This document shows positions 14,801-26,684 of a stretch of DNA of 64,000 nt, piece by piece. Each line of letters begins with the position of its first letter. Positions within the stretch are counted from its first letter, which is position 1. Origin of the DNA: Tubulanus polymorphus (lineage: Eukaryota; Animalia; Nemertea); NCBI RefSeq assembly GCF_964204645.1, contig NC_134032.1:11706275-11770274 (forward strand), in the 5' to 3' direction. The notes beneath the pieces were generated by a model. That model saw only the letters and a list, made by a program, of their open reading frames with translations, was not told where the DNA came from and ran no database searches. A program made the translations under genes and the position numbers.

Positions 14801-17358
14801 TATAACAGCATACCTGCAACTCCTTGATTCATTAAAAACCCCTTCTAAACAGAAAATGCTTTTGAAGATGCTTGAAACCCCTTTGATTTGAGCAAAATGC
14901 CTGAAACTCCTTCAAAACTAATTAAAATTCATGAATAGGCAATTCGATACTTTAGAAGTCATGCCTAAATCAGTACAGTTGGGACCAGGATCTTTTCGTT
15001 ACCCTATTAATTATAGTTACCGAGTTTAGTTAGAATCAAGGATAAAAATTTGTTCATAAAACCGCCGAATAAATGGTTTATCGAGATTCGTTAACAGTAC
15101 CGGTTCAGTAGGAGTCTTCAGTCTTTGGGATATGAAAATGATGCAGACACTTCACCGAAATTTGAAATTTTGTCTTTTGAAAACTCCTTGAAAACTGCAT
15201 ACATCCAGGAATGACTAATATGTAGGGAGTCTGTATAAGTTTACAGATGGGTCTTCAGTTTTCAAATTGTCTTAAGAACTAGGATCTCAACAAGTCGAGG
15301 GACTGATTCTCCGTCTACGTAATGATTCGATCAAGGAGGACATGGTTTCGGCTCTGGCGACATTCCATCATGGAATGAACGCCGTGGGAGAGCGAGGTCG
15401 AGCGGCTGATTCTGAAGCTGTGACTTCGCACCACTACAACAGAGGGTTTTTAAAGGTGTTGGGATCGACGTGTACTGGGACACGAGCCAAGTCTGTCATA
15501 ATACATCGGTATAAAACGTACAGTAAACTGTATGTACGGGTTTTATAGTGTGGAGGCCTAATGGGAACTGTGCCAGATAGACGCTAACTATTACTGAAAA
15601 AGGTTATATACTACAAAATGGTCGCCCGCGTATAAAATGATACTCAGAGTTAATGGTAATGAAGTAAAACGCGCAAACTGGGACCGGCAAAATTGTTCCA
15701 AGGCAAGCGAAGTTCGAGTCAAGGATAGGAAAATCATTTTGCCAAAAGTCCAAGTTGGCCGTGTCCAAGTAAAGCGAGGTTTACTGAAGTAACCTGAAGG
15801 GGGGTTGTTATCTTGGGGGACAGGAATTGACTATGGTGGGGAGAGGGGGGATTATATAAGCACATACATCTACTGTCCTCGTTGAGGTGATGTTCATTTT
15901 GTAACTTATAGTTATTCCACCTGCTTCCCTTACCAGCCTTACCAATAACGGTATGATTCACGTCGTTTTATTCAACTCCTCGCCTACCGACATCAGTGTT
16001 ATTGTATTCTATCACGTGAATAATGTACGCCGCTCTTTTCTTTAGTTTTATCGCCGGCCGATTTTGAATAGAGAAAGTATTGAATAATTCATGCGTTTTA
16101 CGTTGAACTGAGACTCGCCGCAAATAATGAATGCGAGATTGAAGTAAACTCGCTAAACTGAATTAATGAAGAAATTTGAATTGAGGAGTTGAATCTTTTT
16201 TTTAAAAATGAAACCGGGCCCTGGAGCGCACAACTGTACGCTCTTTCTTTGAAATACGTGGTTATATCTTCAGTTGGGAGCGGCCTCTATTGGTGAAAGT
16301 TCAACATCTCGATTAAAGACCGGTCTGTCCATTGCTTGGCTCGGTCGCGACGGTATTTTAGGCATCGATTCGAATAATTGGGCACGGCGACACCGGTTAT
16401 CCCACCAGATGGCGTGACGGTCTTACGTCGTCAAAATAAGTTCATTTCTGTAATATATCAATTTTTTAGGCTCCAAAATCCCTGAATTACTCACTGGACC
16501 TACCCTTAGTGATCGGAATACCCTGGTAGTAGTCATTGATAGTTGATTTACCATACAGAAACGTTTAATTCGATTTTAACTGAATAAATTGAATCCGGAA
16601 GACTACTACTACACCTGGTGGATCCTGGCTCACCATTGGTGGAATCGTCGATCGGCACTGTAGCGTTGGGCATTCCGCATTGCAATTCCTTTTATAAATT
16701 AGCGTTGAGTAATCGCGTGATAGTGAGAATGAGAGAGAGGGGAGAGAGTGGTGAATCGGGTGCCTCGAGATTTTGACTCAACTCGCAAATATTTCATTAC
16801 TAAAGCAAACAATTTATGATCGAAGGAATCTGCGGAATGAATCAACTCGCGTGGCGGCCGAGAGCTTTGAAGATGATCCAGTCGTCTCGATTTCATAAAT
16901 ATTCTTAGAGCAGTGCTTGCTGGGTTCATGTGTAGACAATATCTGTTCGGGAGAAGGGGTGGAGGGAGAACGTTCTTCAAGAGAACTAGTTCTAAAATGT
17001 GTGTTCTTAAAAAACTAGCTCCTTCCGAGAGAACCAATTCATACAACTAGCTTTCTTTAGAGTGAACCAATGCTGCTTATGTTCAAAGGAACCTTGATAT
17101 CTCTTTCTGTTCGGTAGAACCAACTGACTAATCACAATGATTGTTTATGACTAAATCTTACTGTACGCTGTAGTGTAGTGATTCACGATACACTCCGACG
17201 GAGGTTTTTATGATTATGCTAAAATCCGGGAATCGTTCGACTCATACAGGATTCAATGATTCATTCCTGTGGCGTTCCTACTCCGTCTCTCCGCCTCTCC
17301 CAATCTCTGCTTTCCTTTTCCTCTCAGATCCCTGGTGGTCATGTTGAAATTTAAGATT

Positions 17359-17613
17359 CAGGGCCGGATTTACGGTCTGATTTTGGGTGCACCCTCCAAA
17401 ATAGGACATATCATATAATCAATAGGGCACCCCTGAAGAAAGTTCGTTCCAAAATATTAAATCATTTTTGAAAATACAGAGAAGAAACTTATGAATTTCA
17501 GATTTTAGGTATCAGTTTTATATCTTTTATTTACCGGTGACATTTCAGGGCTACTTGACATGTTTAGGGGGTGGGGTATGCATCCCCTGCACAGTACCCT
17601 TGCATCCACCCCT
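17359..17613. mobile_element. hAT-like MITE (caggg..gga / tcc..ccctg family)
   Basis: The internal sequence (cccctgaa, ttccaaaa, aaatacagag, aaacttatgaattt) recurs at ~53580-53837. Confidence 0.6.
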
Positions 17614-17716
17614 GACTGATTGGTCTTATGTTTTCTACTAATTATATATTATGCCAGGCTCTCCAACCTTCGATAAAACGAATCTAACATCAGTATTTTC
17701 TTCCGTATCGTTTCAG

Positions 17717-18209
17717 AACTCAACTAAAACTGGAAAGTTTAGAGGACGTGTGCGTTCTGGAGGACGAGAACAACGACTGTCTGGTGGAGAAACACGGCTG
17801 TCCGGCGTACGTCAGCCCCGAGATACTGCACATGAATAAAAACTATTCGGGAAAGTCGGCGGATATTTGGAGTCTGGGCGTGATGCTTTACACGATGCTC
17901 GTCGGACGTTACCCGTTCCACGACAACGAGCCGTCGATTTTGTTCTCGAAAATCCGCCGCGGCCACTACACGATTCCGGACACGCTGTCATCGCGTGCCA
18001 AGTGTCTCATCCGCAGCCTGCTGCGCCGCGAGCCGACCGAACGTTTAACCGGCGACCAAATCGCTGTTCACCCGTGGTTCACGAGTCGCATCGTGACGCG
18101 CGGCGGCGGCGCCACCGGCGGCGCGTCGAGTCGCGGCGAACGACTCGATTCCGATCAGACCGTGCCGGACGTCGAAACGAACGAATCGGATTGTTTCATG
18201 TTCACGTAA
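17717..18209 (+). CDS. TRIB: Tribbles-family pseudokinase, last coding exon (C-lobe and C-terminal tail)
   Basis: Acceptor tcgtttcag|A, then (R)[37 protein letters not shown]...[25 protein letters not shown]...IAVHPWF...DSDQTVPD...FMFT*. SLE replacing [17 protein letters not shown] and the DQxVP COP1-binding motif are diagnostic of Tribbles. Paralog assignment (TRIB1/2/3) is not meaningful here. Confidence 0.97.
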
Positions 18210-21200
18210 CCCATGTGTAACTTAGTTTTTCTCGTTGTTATTTTTGCGGAATTCGAGCGTCGTGCGACGACGACAACGACGAACTCCGTCTGCTCACACC
18301 GGTTCAACCTCTTCACGCGGCACCTGTTGCCTTCGTTAAAATTCGCGAAACGACATAAATTTATGCTAATTTCTAGAGTCTTATTCGCATAATTTCGAGG
18401 TCGGAAAATATGATTTCGATTCAGGTATTCTTAGAATAGTGCGTCGGAAAAAATGTTAAAGAAAATTGCGATTGGAAGTTTGGCTTGATTTTTGAAAGAA
18501 ATTTTAGAAATGACAGTAACTGGAGTTAAGCAGACGGGGTTTAGTAACCGGAGTTTAGCAGATGGGGGTGTCTATGTTTGTGGTAGGGGTAGTTCGGATT
18601 GCTCCTTGTGGCTAAATGTTTGGTTTTTCTATCTCAAAAAACTCTCTCTCTCTAGAACTCTTTCTGACACATGAACACCTACAAACGAACACTCACACAC
18701 TAAAACACACACACACACTCGCCACTCCTATGATTGTTAAAATAATTAGACAAATTTTATACATGTTGAAAATTCAGTCGCGTATTGAAATTATATATAT
18801 ACATACATATATATATACATACATAAATATAGATATGAATATAGATATGAATATGAATATATTTATCTCGTTAACTACTTGTTAATTAGAATAGAAGATT
18901 AATGAAAGGATGATTGTGATTCCCGTTTGTGCCGCTAGGCGGCGCATGTGGGGTATTTGTTATCGCTGGTTCTAGTAGTATTGTGTGTAAAAACAGACGA
19001 ACTTGAGAAATTTCTGAGAAATTTGAATAATTGTAAATTTTTTCTGAGAGAGGTATATATCGATGGGGCCGGGGCTGTTTCATTTTTATTTCATTTTTTT
19101 TTTGCATCGATCGATTGATTGAAAATATTCCGCGAAAAAGAAAGGAAGAGAATTTCGTTATGCGAAGTTATTTATTTTTTTGTTGGAAGAGAAAAAAACG
19201 AAAGTTACACATGGGTTGCGGGAAAACGGTACGTGTATCTATGTGAATGCATTAGACTCACCGGAGTTTACTCCTTCGGGCTCACCAGCGAGGGCACGCA
19301 GCACCTGACAAGTGTTGCATTCACCTACCAGTGTAGATTGCGGGGGTTACACGTGAAAGACCTGTTCGGGTTCGCTAAAGCATCTGAGATGTTGTACTCA
19401 ATTGCCAGGGTTGACTTCAGGCCAGTTTCGTAGTCGCGACACGAGTACATTTTGAAAGCGGTCGAAAATCTTAAGACCGGTCTTGAGATGCTCGATTGGC
19501 TTCAGAAGTAACATCGCCTTAACTGAACTGGTCTAAAGTTGTAATTCCCGCTCTTTTTCAGGCTTCCCCGCCGGGCTTAACTTCACTGCATCTGAGATGT
19601 CGCATGCGCCTGCGTAATTAGGCTCGCCTGCCAGGGCAGGCTCACATCATAGCATCTGAGATGTTGTCGCGTCACTTGCCGGGGTCGACTCTCGATATCG
19701 GGACAGCGCCACCTGCATTCGTTTAGTGCTCATTTAGTGCTCACCTACCGGTATAACAACATCCATAAAGCAAAACCCGTTAAATTCTAAGGCAGCAAAA
19801 ACGATAATTAAAAGATTATATTATAATTATTGTGTATAAAAAAAATGAAGGTCATAGCATAAAATATGTATATTTGAGGTTTAATGAGGGAGCGCCATCT
19901 GGTGGTGTTGAAAATGACAGGCGTCTAGTTACTATTATTATGAAGAAGATTTGAAGCATTGTTTGTGGTGAACTGTCCATATGTCTGTCTGTCTGTCTGT
20001 TTATTCTTGTTTGTAAATAATGAAAAACCTTTTTGTGATATTTTTAACCGCTCCCGTTTCGGATGGATTTCGTGTCTTCCCGACCGTACGATGGTGGCGA
20101 CCCCTGGTGTCAGTTCTATGCATAAGAAAGTTTCGATGAGATTTCTCCAAAAAAACGAAAAAGTGCGCACAATACGGATTTAATTCTAAGGGGGCGCCAT
20201 CTAGCGGTCGGGACACGTTCGTTCGCGCGTATGGGTGAGCGGTTATTATGAATATTAGTCAGCGTTTAGTTCAGCAACTCGACAACAGGTGGCATTGCTA
20301 ATGAATTTCGCCCGTTGCTGGATCGTATATCGCCATTGTTCAGGGTTGTCGGAGTCGGCGCGACCGCCGTTGATTCGCGGCCGGAGGCGACGACAATTTT
20401 TGTTTATATTGTTGAAAAATTTCTGATTGAAGCAAGTTCGCAGTTATTATCGAAAAAAAACAACGCGAAAACAAACGCGTTGAATTCGAAAAGAAATTCC
20501 TGAAAATCTTATTTTAACGTTTGAATTTTTTTCTGAAATTGAAAAAAAACTTAATTCCTGAAAAAGTTACATCGTAATTTTGCGTTAAAAACGAAACGAT
20601 TTCGCTGAAAAATGATAAATTTTCTAGGTTTTTTTTTTTCTCATTTTTCTCTGTTTTTGATTATCGTTCAGAGACGAAGGCGAGAAAATGAAAAATGAAC
20701 GATTTGCCTGATTATCGATTATTATTGTTTATCTTATCACGAAACTGTGCTGAAAAATTACACGCAAATGGAACACTACGCATTTTTGTCATTGTCGCCG
20801 TTGTTGTCACCGCGGTAACAACAACGGCGACGTCGTGACGGAATTAACTGAAAATAACAACTATACTTTATTTACATATTTTTTCGTTTATCAAGAGAGA
20901 CCGCGTTCGTTCTTGCGCGATCGACTTCAATTTGCGGTTTCGACGACGGAATAGCTTTCATTTTTACGGCGCGCGTCGGAATCAATTTCGCGTTTAACGA
21001 GAATAGAATCGATATTTTTGAAGCGATTTAAAAAAAATTCCGCCGCGACAAAATCCGAGATTTTTATTTGCGTTATCGCCGCATGAAGTTCGCGCGCGCC
21101 GTGCGTTTAAGAAATATTCCTCGCTTGCCAGTGGTGTGGTTGAAAGAAAACGTCTTTTTTGTACGTTAAGGACTGATAACAAGAAAAAGATCTCTTCAAA

Positions 21201-21575
21201 TTTATTTTTGTGGGCAGCAAAAAAGGCATCAGTTGATATTTTAATGCTGTATATTATTGTAGCGTGTGGGTAAAATGCCATCATTACCCCGCGATAGTGA
21301 GGAAGTGTGTTGACATCTAGAGAAATCAAGTCATTGTATTAAACTGAAAAAATAGTTATGAAGCAGGACTCAATTCTGTAGCTCTTGAGTTGAAATTTGA
21401 TTCGGCTTTCAATGTCGGAAACAATCTGTATCCAGTTCCACAGTTCTGAGTTGAATTTGACTCCTAGAGTTAAAACATCGAAAATGAACTGATTTTAACT
21501 CGGAATTAACCCTAACTCATAACTGTGGTGGAACTGGGTCTTGATTGTTACGAACTAGAATCGAACTTAACTTTA

Positions 21576-21732
21576 AGCCCAACTTACACGGCACAGGGAA
21601 ACATGGAAACTTGGAACACGAAAAATGAAAAATCTGTGACGCATTGTTTCTCAAAACATGACAACGTTGAACGTTCGGAAACATGTTTCTGTGTTCTGTT
21701 TCCATGTTTCCGCGCATTGTGTCTGTTGGGCT
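21576..21732. mobile_element. MITE (agcccaac...gttgggct family)
   Basis: Inverted termini with internal ggaaacatg/catgtttcc. A related, interrupted copy lies at ~31934-32364. Confidence 0.65.
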
Positions 21733-22490
21733 TTAAGAATTATGGAACTGGGTCCTGGATGCTAGAATCGATGAAATAATGTGTGAATGATGTTCAGATG
21801 CTCGTATATCAGCTCTACGACTAAAATATTGTCTGTTGAAAATAGTCTAGACTCTCGTTCCGCAGTTGTGCGGTTTGATTTGATCGAATCTTCTAAAAGT
21901 GTTAATTAGCGTTAATTAAATTCAGAATATTCCGCTCAGAATCCATTTCCACATGTGATCGCGTTATTTGACTCTAGAAGAGAATTTAATGCGATCCCTG
22001 TGTAACTGGGTTCTGTATTTTAAACTGTATTCTTCCGGTTATAAAAACGTTTGTTTACACCACAGGTTGTTACGTCTGCCTGGTTACTATGACGACTGCC
22101 TATATCCGGCCGTTCGAGTTTCCGGCTGCAGACGCAATCGCTGTTACTACGGTAACTGAAAACACGGTCTTACTTACACGCACGTTTTGACACCGAATAC
22201 CGACTTCAATTGTTGGGAATTTGAATTTTGTGGTCTGCAGCACTGCATGATTTGAATTCACGATAGCGAAGTTCAGTCATCGTCCTGGAAGGAAAATACT
22301 TTGATATCAAATATATTTTTTCATCTCACTCAAATTCAAAATACATTCATTTGCCATTTTGCATTCATTTTCACGAAACACGACGACATTGGAGACACTT
22401 ACCATCTGTGAAATTCGAAAAAACATCAAGCACATTTAGTTCCACGCGACAAGCAAATTCGTAATTGGTATTCATTGTATGTTTGTGTTG

Positions 22491-22496
22491 AATAAA
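22491..22496 (+). other. Candidate polyadenylation signal for Tribbles (implies a ~4.3 kb 3' UTR)
   Basis: First canonical AATAAA I could find after the stop at 18209. ATTAAA variants occur earlier, so this is uncertain. Confidence 0.3.
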
Positions 22497-23469
22497 TTCA
22501 TATATAATGAATACCCCACTCCCCCTCCCTCTAGTACAAACAACTTACGCAATATAAACAAAATTTTCACTTTAAGTTCAGTACATATGCGTTAAAAGGT
22601 CGGTAAATATGTGTTATTCATCGCGGCGTTCTTTAGAGTAGCGATATAATCTAACCGTTAACTAACGAGTCTTACTCTTAATCGTGTAACAGTCTTAATC
22701 TCCAGCCTGGAACTGCCCCTTCAGATTCTAAATTGTCAAGTCTGAATGATCACTTTTTGACGATATGTCCGCCCGGTGTTTGTAGTCCATTTATGATTGA
22801 AAATAGGGCCAATTGCCTTAAGGTTGATTTAAGATAACCGGCGGATAAATACCGTTGTAACGATGAACTTTTAATCGTCACTATACGAACTATCCACTGG
22901 TGAACTTGAACCAACTTTTGAGCAACTGGCACCTGGACGATCACAAATTGGATGAACGATACCCGTGTACCTTATGTTCGAGGTCTAGGCTGCTGATTGA
23001 TTGATAACCTACAAAAGACAAATGCTTTTCGTGAAATGGGACCCGGTTCGCTTAGGATATCGGTAATTTTGTATCGCGCACTCTTTCGTTCTCTGCCGAT
23101 ATTTTCCGCTGTGGTAAAATAGATTTTAACGTATAACGATATGATATAATTCTCTTAAAAAAAATATGGTAGATAAATGAAAAAAAAAACCCTCGATAAA
23201 TAAGTAAATAAAAGGCAAATATGTTGTTAAATCTTCCTTTAAAATTGTTCATCAATCAGTTGTGTAAAACTAAATAGATTGTAAATAAATATAATCTCCT
23301 TGAAAATGATTAGTAAGTTTGTTTTTTTTTGTTTTCATTTGGTGAAGGATTCAAAACATTCTCGGACTATGATGAGGACTCGAGTCGAAAGCAATCAAGA
23401 CTAGTTTAGAGTCTTTGTAGTGTACCCGTATATGAAACACCAATCTTCAATATTGTTGGTGTTTTAATA

Positions 23470-23631
23470 CAGTAAAAGTCACCTTACGGCCAAATCGGAC
23501 GTACTTATGACTAACTCCGGCAAAAAGGAAATTTTCTGACCTAACGCATTTTCCTATCCTTAACTCGGACTTCGCTCAACTCGGACTAATTCTGCAAGTC
23601 CCAGTTCATCCGAGTAAGGTAAAGTTTACTG
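23470..23631. mobile_element. Tc1/pogo-type MITE
   Basis: TA|CAGTAAAAGTCACCTTAC ... GTAAGGTAAAGTTTACTG|TA: imperfect TIRs with a TA duplication. Confidence 0.75.
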
Positions 23632-24577
23632 TATGCTTGGGACTCTTTTTCAGCGTGATTAATTGTACAGCCCCCTATGAAAAAATATCGCCCAAGTGTG
23701 ATGCAAGTGATAGGTGCTCGCTATTGGAGGCAAGTTGTGTCACGATGACCATCACCCTACCAAATTCTAAGGCACCCAAGAGAAAATCTTCCCCTGCGGC
23801 TGACTGGATAGGGAAAACAGGGAATTTGGACCTCAGAAATGGTAGGTTGCTGTACTTCACTTGACTGAATTGAGGGATTCCAAGGAACATGAACCTCCTG
23901 TCTTCATGTTGGAGCCTTCATTTGCATAAGTTTTCAGGGCTGCCAACGTCTGATAAGTGCCATCGGTAACAAGTTGAATATTTTCCAGGAACATTTTCTT
24001 GAGGTATGAAGGAAATTGTTCAAACTAATCATTAATTAATTAATCATTAATCAACAGCAAGACCCTAAAATGATACCTTGTTTCTCCGCAGCGGCCGGGT
24101 CATTTTTGTAAAATATGATAAAATTTATAAACAGTTCATTTCTATAGCGGCCGGGTCTGTTATGGTGAAATTGATCACGATTTTAAAAAACGTAATGTAT
24201 AGGGTAGATAGGCGGCCGGCCGGGTCAACATTTAAGCTCAGCAGAGCGGAGAAACAGGGTATCAATTTTTTTGGCCTAACACATGTTTCATTTCTTATTC
24301 AACTGATCAAATCAGTATCTCTCGAGACGAAGACTGAAAATCAGGAACAGTTGGCAGCTCTGTGAGTTTCCTGGAAAAGCCGTCTTAATTTGTCTGAATG
24401 ATCCAACAACTGTTACCTGGTGAAAATGACGAATTGAAAACCATATCTCTCGAAAGAACACTGGACTAATGTCATCTTAGTTGGATCATTAATTCAAAGA
24501 TCAAACGCTGAGCCCTTTACTTTCCTCTGAAATCCATTAAAACACAAAAGAAAAACGTCCATTTTAAGGAGATTGCA

Positions 24578-24588
24578 TTTATTTTATT
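24578..24588 (-). other. Candidate polyadenylation signals for NSMCE2
   Basis: Two overlapping AATAAA on the minus strand (tttattttatt on plus), about 230 nt after the stop. Confidence 0.55.
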
Positions 24589-24816
24589 ATTAATTATTGC
24601 TATGAAAATATAAAAGAGGTTTACACGAAAAACCATCTGCTGTTAAAGAGTTTGAAATATTACTTTCACATTTTGACACAAGATGGCAGCACTACCTAGC
24701 GCATGAACACGTTTCCAACACTTTGCAATATTGCACAAGACTAAATCATATGAACGCATATTGACGTATGGATAATTTTTCCAAGTTATAACAATCCTTC
24801 TCGGCTGTTCGTTGAT

Positions 24817-24964
24817 CTAATCAATCTTTTCACTATTTGCCGGTCGTTTTCGACGGATTCCGGCTTGTCGATTTTTAGCCTCGATATATTTACGCAACTC
24901 GCGGTTTTCGACCAGATCGCCGGTCGCTATCGGTTTCGTATTTATACATCCGCTCACCGGACAT
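24817..24964 (-). CDS. NSMCE2: NSMCE2 coding exon 5 (end of SP-RING, stop)
   Basis: ctcctatttcag|A, then CPVSGCINTKPIATGDLVENRELRKYIEAKNRQAGIRRKRPANSEKID* (148 nt). The five exons total 744 nt = 247 aa plus stop. Confidence 0.93.
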
Positions 24965-25071
24965 CTGAAATAGGAGAAATGTTTATATGTTTATTCCAAA
25001 CAAAAGAAGGCCGCGATGACTTAAACAATTCAGTGAAATTATTATTAGCTGCTTATGTCACTAATTCAGTA

Positions 25072-25245
25072 GAATTATGATTAGTTGCTAACCCTCTCAT
25101 TCTTGATGACTTCAAGGATTCAGCAAAATTATGATTAGCTACCGAAGATGACTTCTCATTTTCGATGATTCAGTAAATTTATGATAAGTTGCTTATCCTC
25201 CCATTCTCCATGACTAAGGATTTAGTAAAATTATGATCAGTTATT
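25072..25245. repeat. ~50-55-bp degenerate tandem repeat in NSMCE2 intron 4
   Basis: aattatgatt/ca...ctcatt...gatgac...gattcag recurs 3-4 times. Confidence 0.7.
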
Positions 25246-25256
25246 ATTAAACATAC

Positions 25257-25458
25257 TTTGCATTCGCTCCACGTTTTTTCAAGTAATCTTCGATTCCCAG
25301 ACGATCGTAATTATGTCCGCAGATCTTATTTCGGACAGGGTTCGTCATCTCGAGACCGGTGTACGGACATTTCGTGTGAACTTGTTTCTGAGTACAGATC
25401 AAATCCTCGTCTCCGCTCAGTTCCGTTTCCTGCGTCGGTCCGCCGATCGCGAGCATTT
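25257..25458 (-). CDS. NSMCE2: NSMCE2 coding exon 4 (N-terminal half of SP-RING)
   Basis: ccgatttcag|AA...AA|gtatgt, 202 nt, ...GDEDLICTQKQVHTKCPYTGLEMTNPVRNKICGHNYDRLGI... matches the Nse2 SP-RING pattern CPxTxxxMxxPVxNxxCGHxY. Confidence 0.95.
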
Positions 25459-25987
25459 CTGAAATCGGAAAAACGAGGGAACATTCTTAGCCGACGCAGA
25501 CACCAAGTCCACCCGGACCCGGTCCCTACAGATCAGTCAATCCTCGATATAAGGAGTTTTCCAGGAGAAAATTTCAAATTTCAAGGAAGTGTCTGCATCA
25601 CTCATATTTAAATTACCGTAGGCCTACATCTACGGTGTAGACTCCTCCTAAATCGGTACTGTTCACCTCAGTAAACAATTTACTTATTTTATTTAAACAA
25701 GTTATTTGGTTGTTTTGTAATCATATTTCTTACCAAACTTGGTTTGTTATTTGGTAGCCGCCTAATTGAGTTAAAACAACTCCTGGTTTTAGGTGAAATC
25801 TAATAAAAAATCTCTTAATTGCCTATTTCTCAAAATTGAAGGGGTTTTAAACGAGTCTTAAGCATTTTGCTCAAATCAAAGGAGTTTCAAGCACCTTTCA
25901 AAGCATTTTCCATTTAGAGGGATATTTAAAGAAATCAAGGATTTTTGGAGACCTCGATGGAGCCACCCACTTAAAAGAGAAGGATAC

Positions 25988-26144
25988 CTTGATTACGTAA
26001 ATCACCGATTTTCTGTTGCAGTTCTAAATATCGTTCGTGTTGTTGAAGTTTCGCGTCTGAATTGTGTTGACAAATAATCTCCATTTGCTCGTCGAGAAGA
26101 GTATCAACAGCAGGCCACGCGTCATCAATTCCAATTTCGGCAAT
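25988..26144 (-). CDS. NSMCE2: NSMCE2 coding exon 3
   Basis: gatttatag|ATT...CAAG|gtatcc, 157 nt, IAEIGIDDAWPAVDTLLDEQMEIICQHNSDAKLQQHERYLELQQKIGDLRNQ. Open frame, phases consistent. Confidence 0.85.
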
Positions 26145-26184
26145 CTATAAATCAGATGATTTACTTTTGAAATGTTTGCTCTGG

Positions 26185-26545
26185 ATCTACCACAGTTTTG
26201 CAAGTTTCATTCGACTCTGGACGTAGTTCCACAGCTGTGTGGATTTCATTCGATTCTGGTCCCAGTTCCACGATTGTGTGGGTTCAATTTGACTCTGTAC
26301 CTGATACTCAGATCCACAGTTGTGTGGATTTTATTTGATTTTGTCCCAGTTCCACGGTTGTGTGGATTTTATTTGATTCTGGTCCCAGTTCCACAATTGT
26401 GTGGGTTGTATTTGACTCTGTACCTGATACCCAGATCCACAGTTGTGTGGGCGTAATTCGATTTTGGACCTAGTTCCTCAGTTGCATGGGTTTAATTCGA
26501 CTTCCCCAGTCTGTTCCGCAGTTGTGTGGGTTTGATTTGACTACC
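26185..26545. repeat. ~39-bp degenerate minisatellite (cccagttccacagttgtgtgg..)
   Basis: About nine units in NSMCE2 intron 2; reverse complement of the array at 40480-40920. Confidence 0.85.
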
Positions 26546-26577
26546 GATCCTATTCTACCATTTGTTGTACAACCTAC

Positions 26578-26684
26578 CTTTGCTTTCGTACTTTGAACTA
26601 CTTCCTTGTACTGCATCAAATCACGTTCCATCTTCGTGTAACTTAACATGATTTCCTTCAGATTCTTTACCTGAGCCCCGTCCT
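26578..26684 (-). CDS. NSMCE2: NSMCE2 coding exon 2
   Basis: ctaaccgctatag|AG...AAG|gtaggt, 107 nt, EDGAQVKNLKEIMLSYTKMERDLMQYKEVVQSTKAK. Phases fit both neighbouring exons. Confidence 0.9.

Noticed and set aside
1-17716. Upstream Tribbles exon (LRDLKLRKF motif)
   Set aside because: Not found by eye or in the ORF track; presumed to lie upstream of the window.
17651-18220. Alternative-frame and antisense ORFs over the Tribbles exon
   Set aside because: Expected shadows of a GC-rich coding exon.
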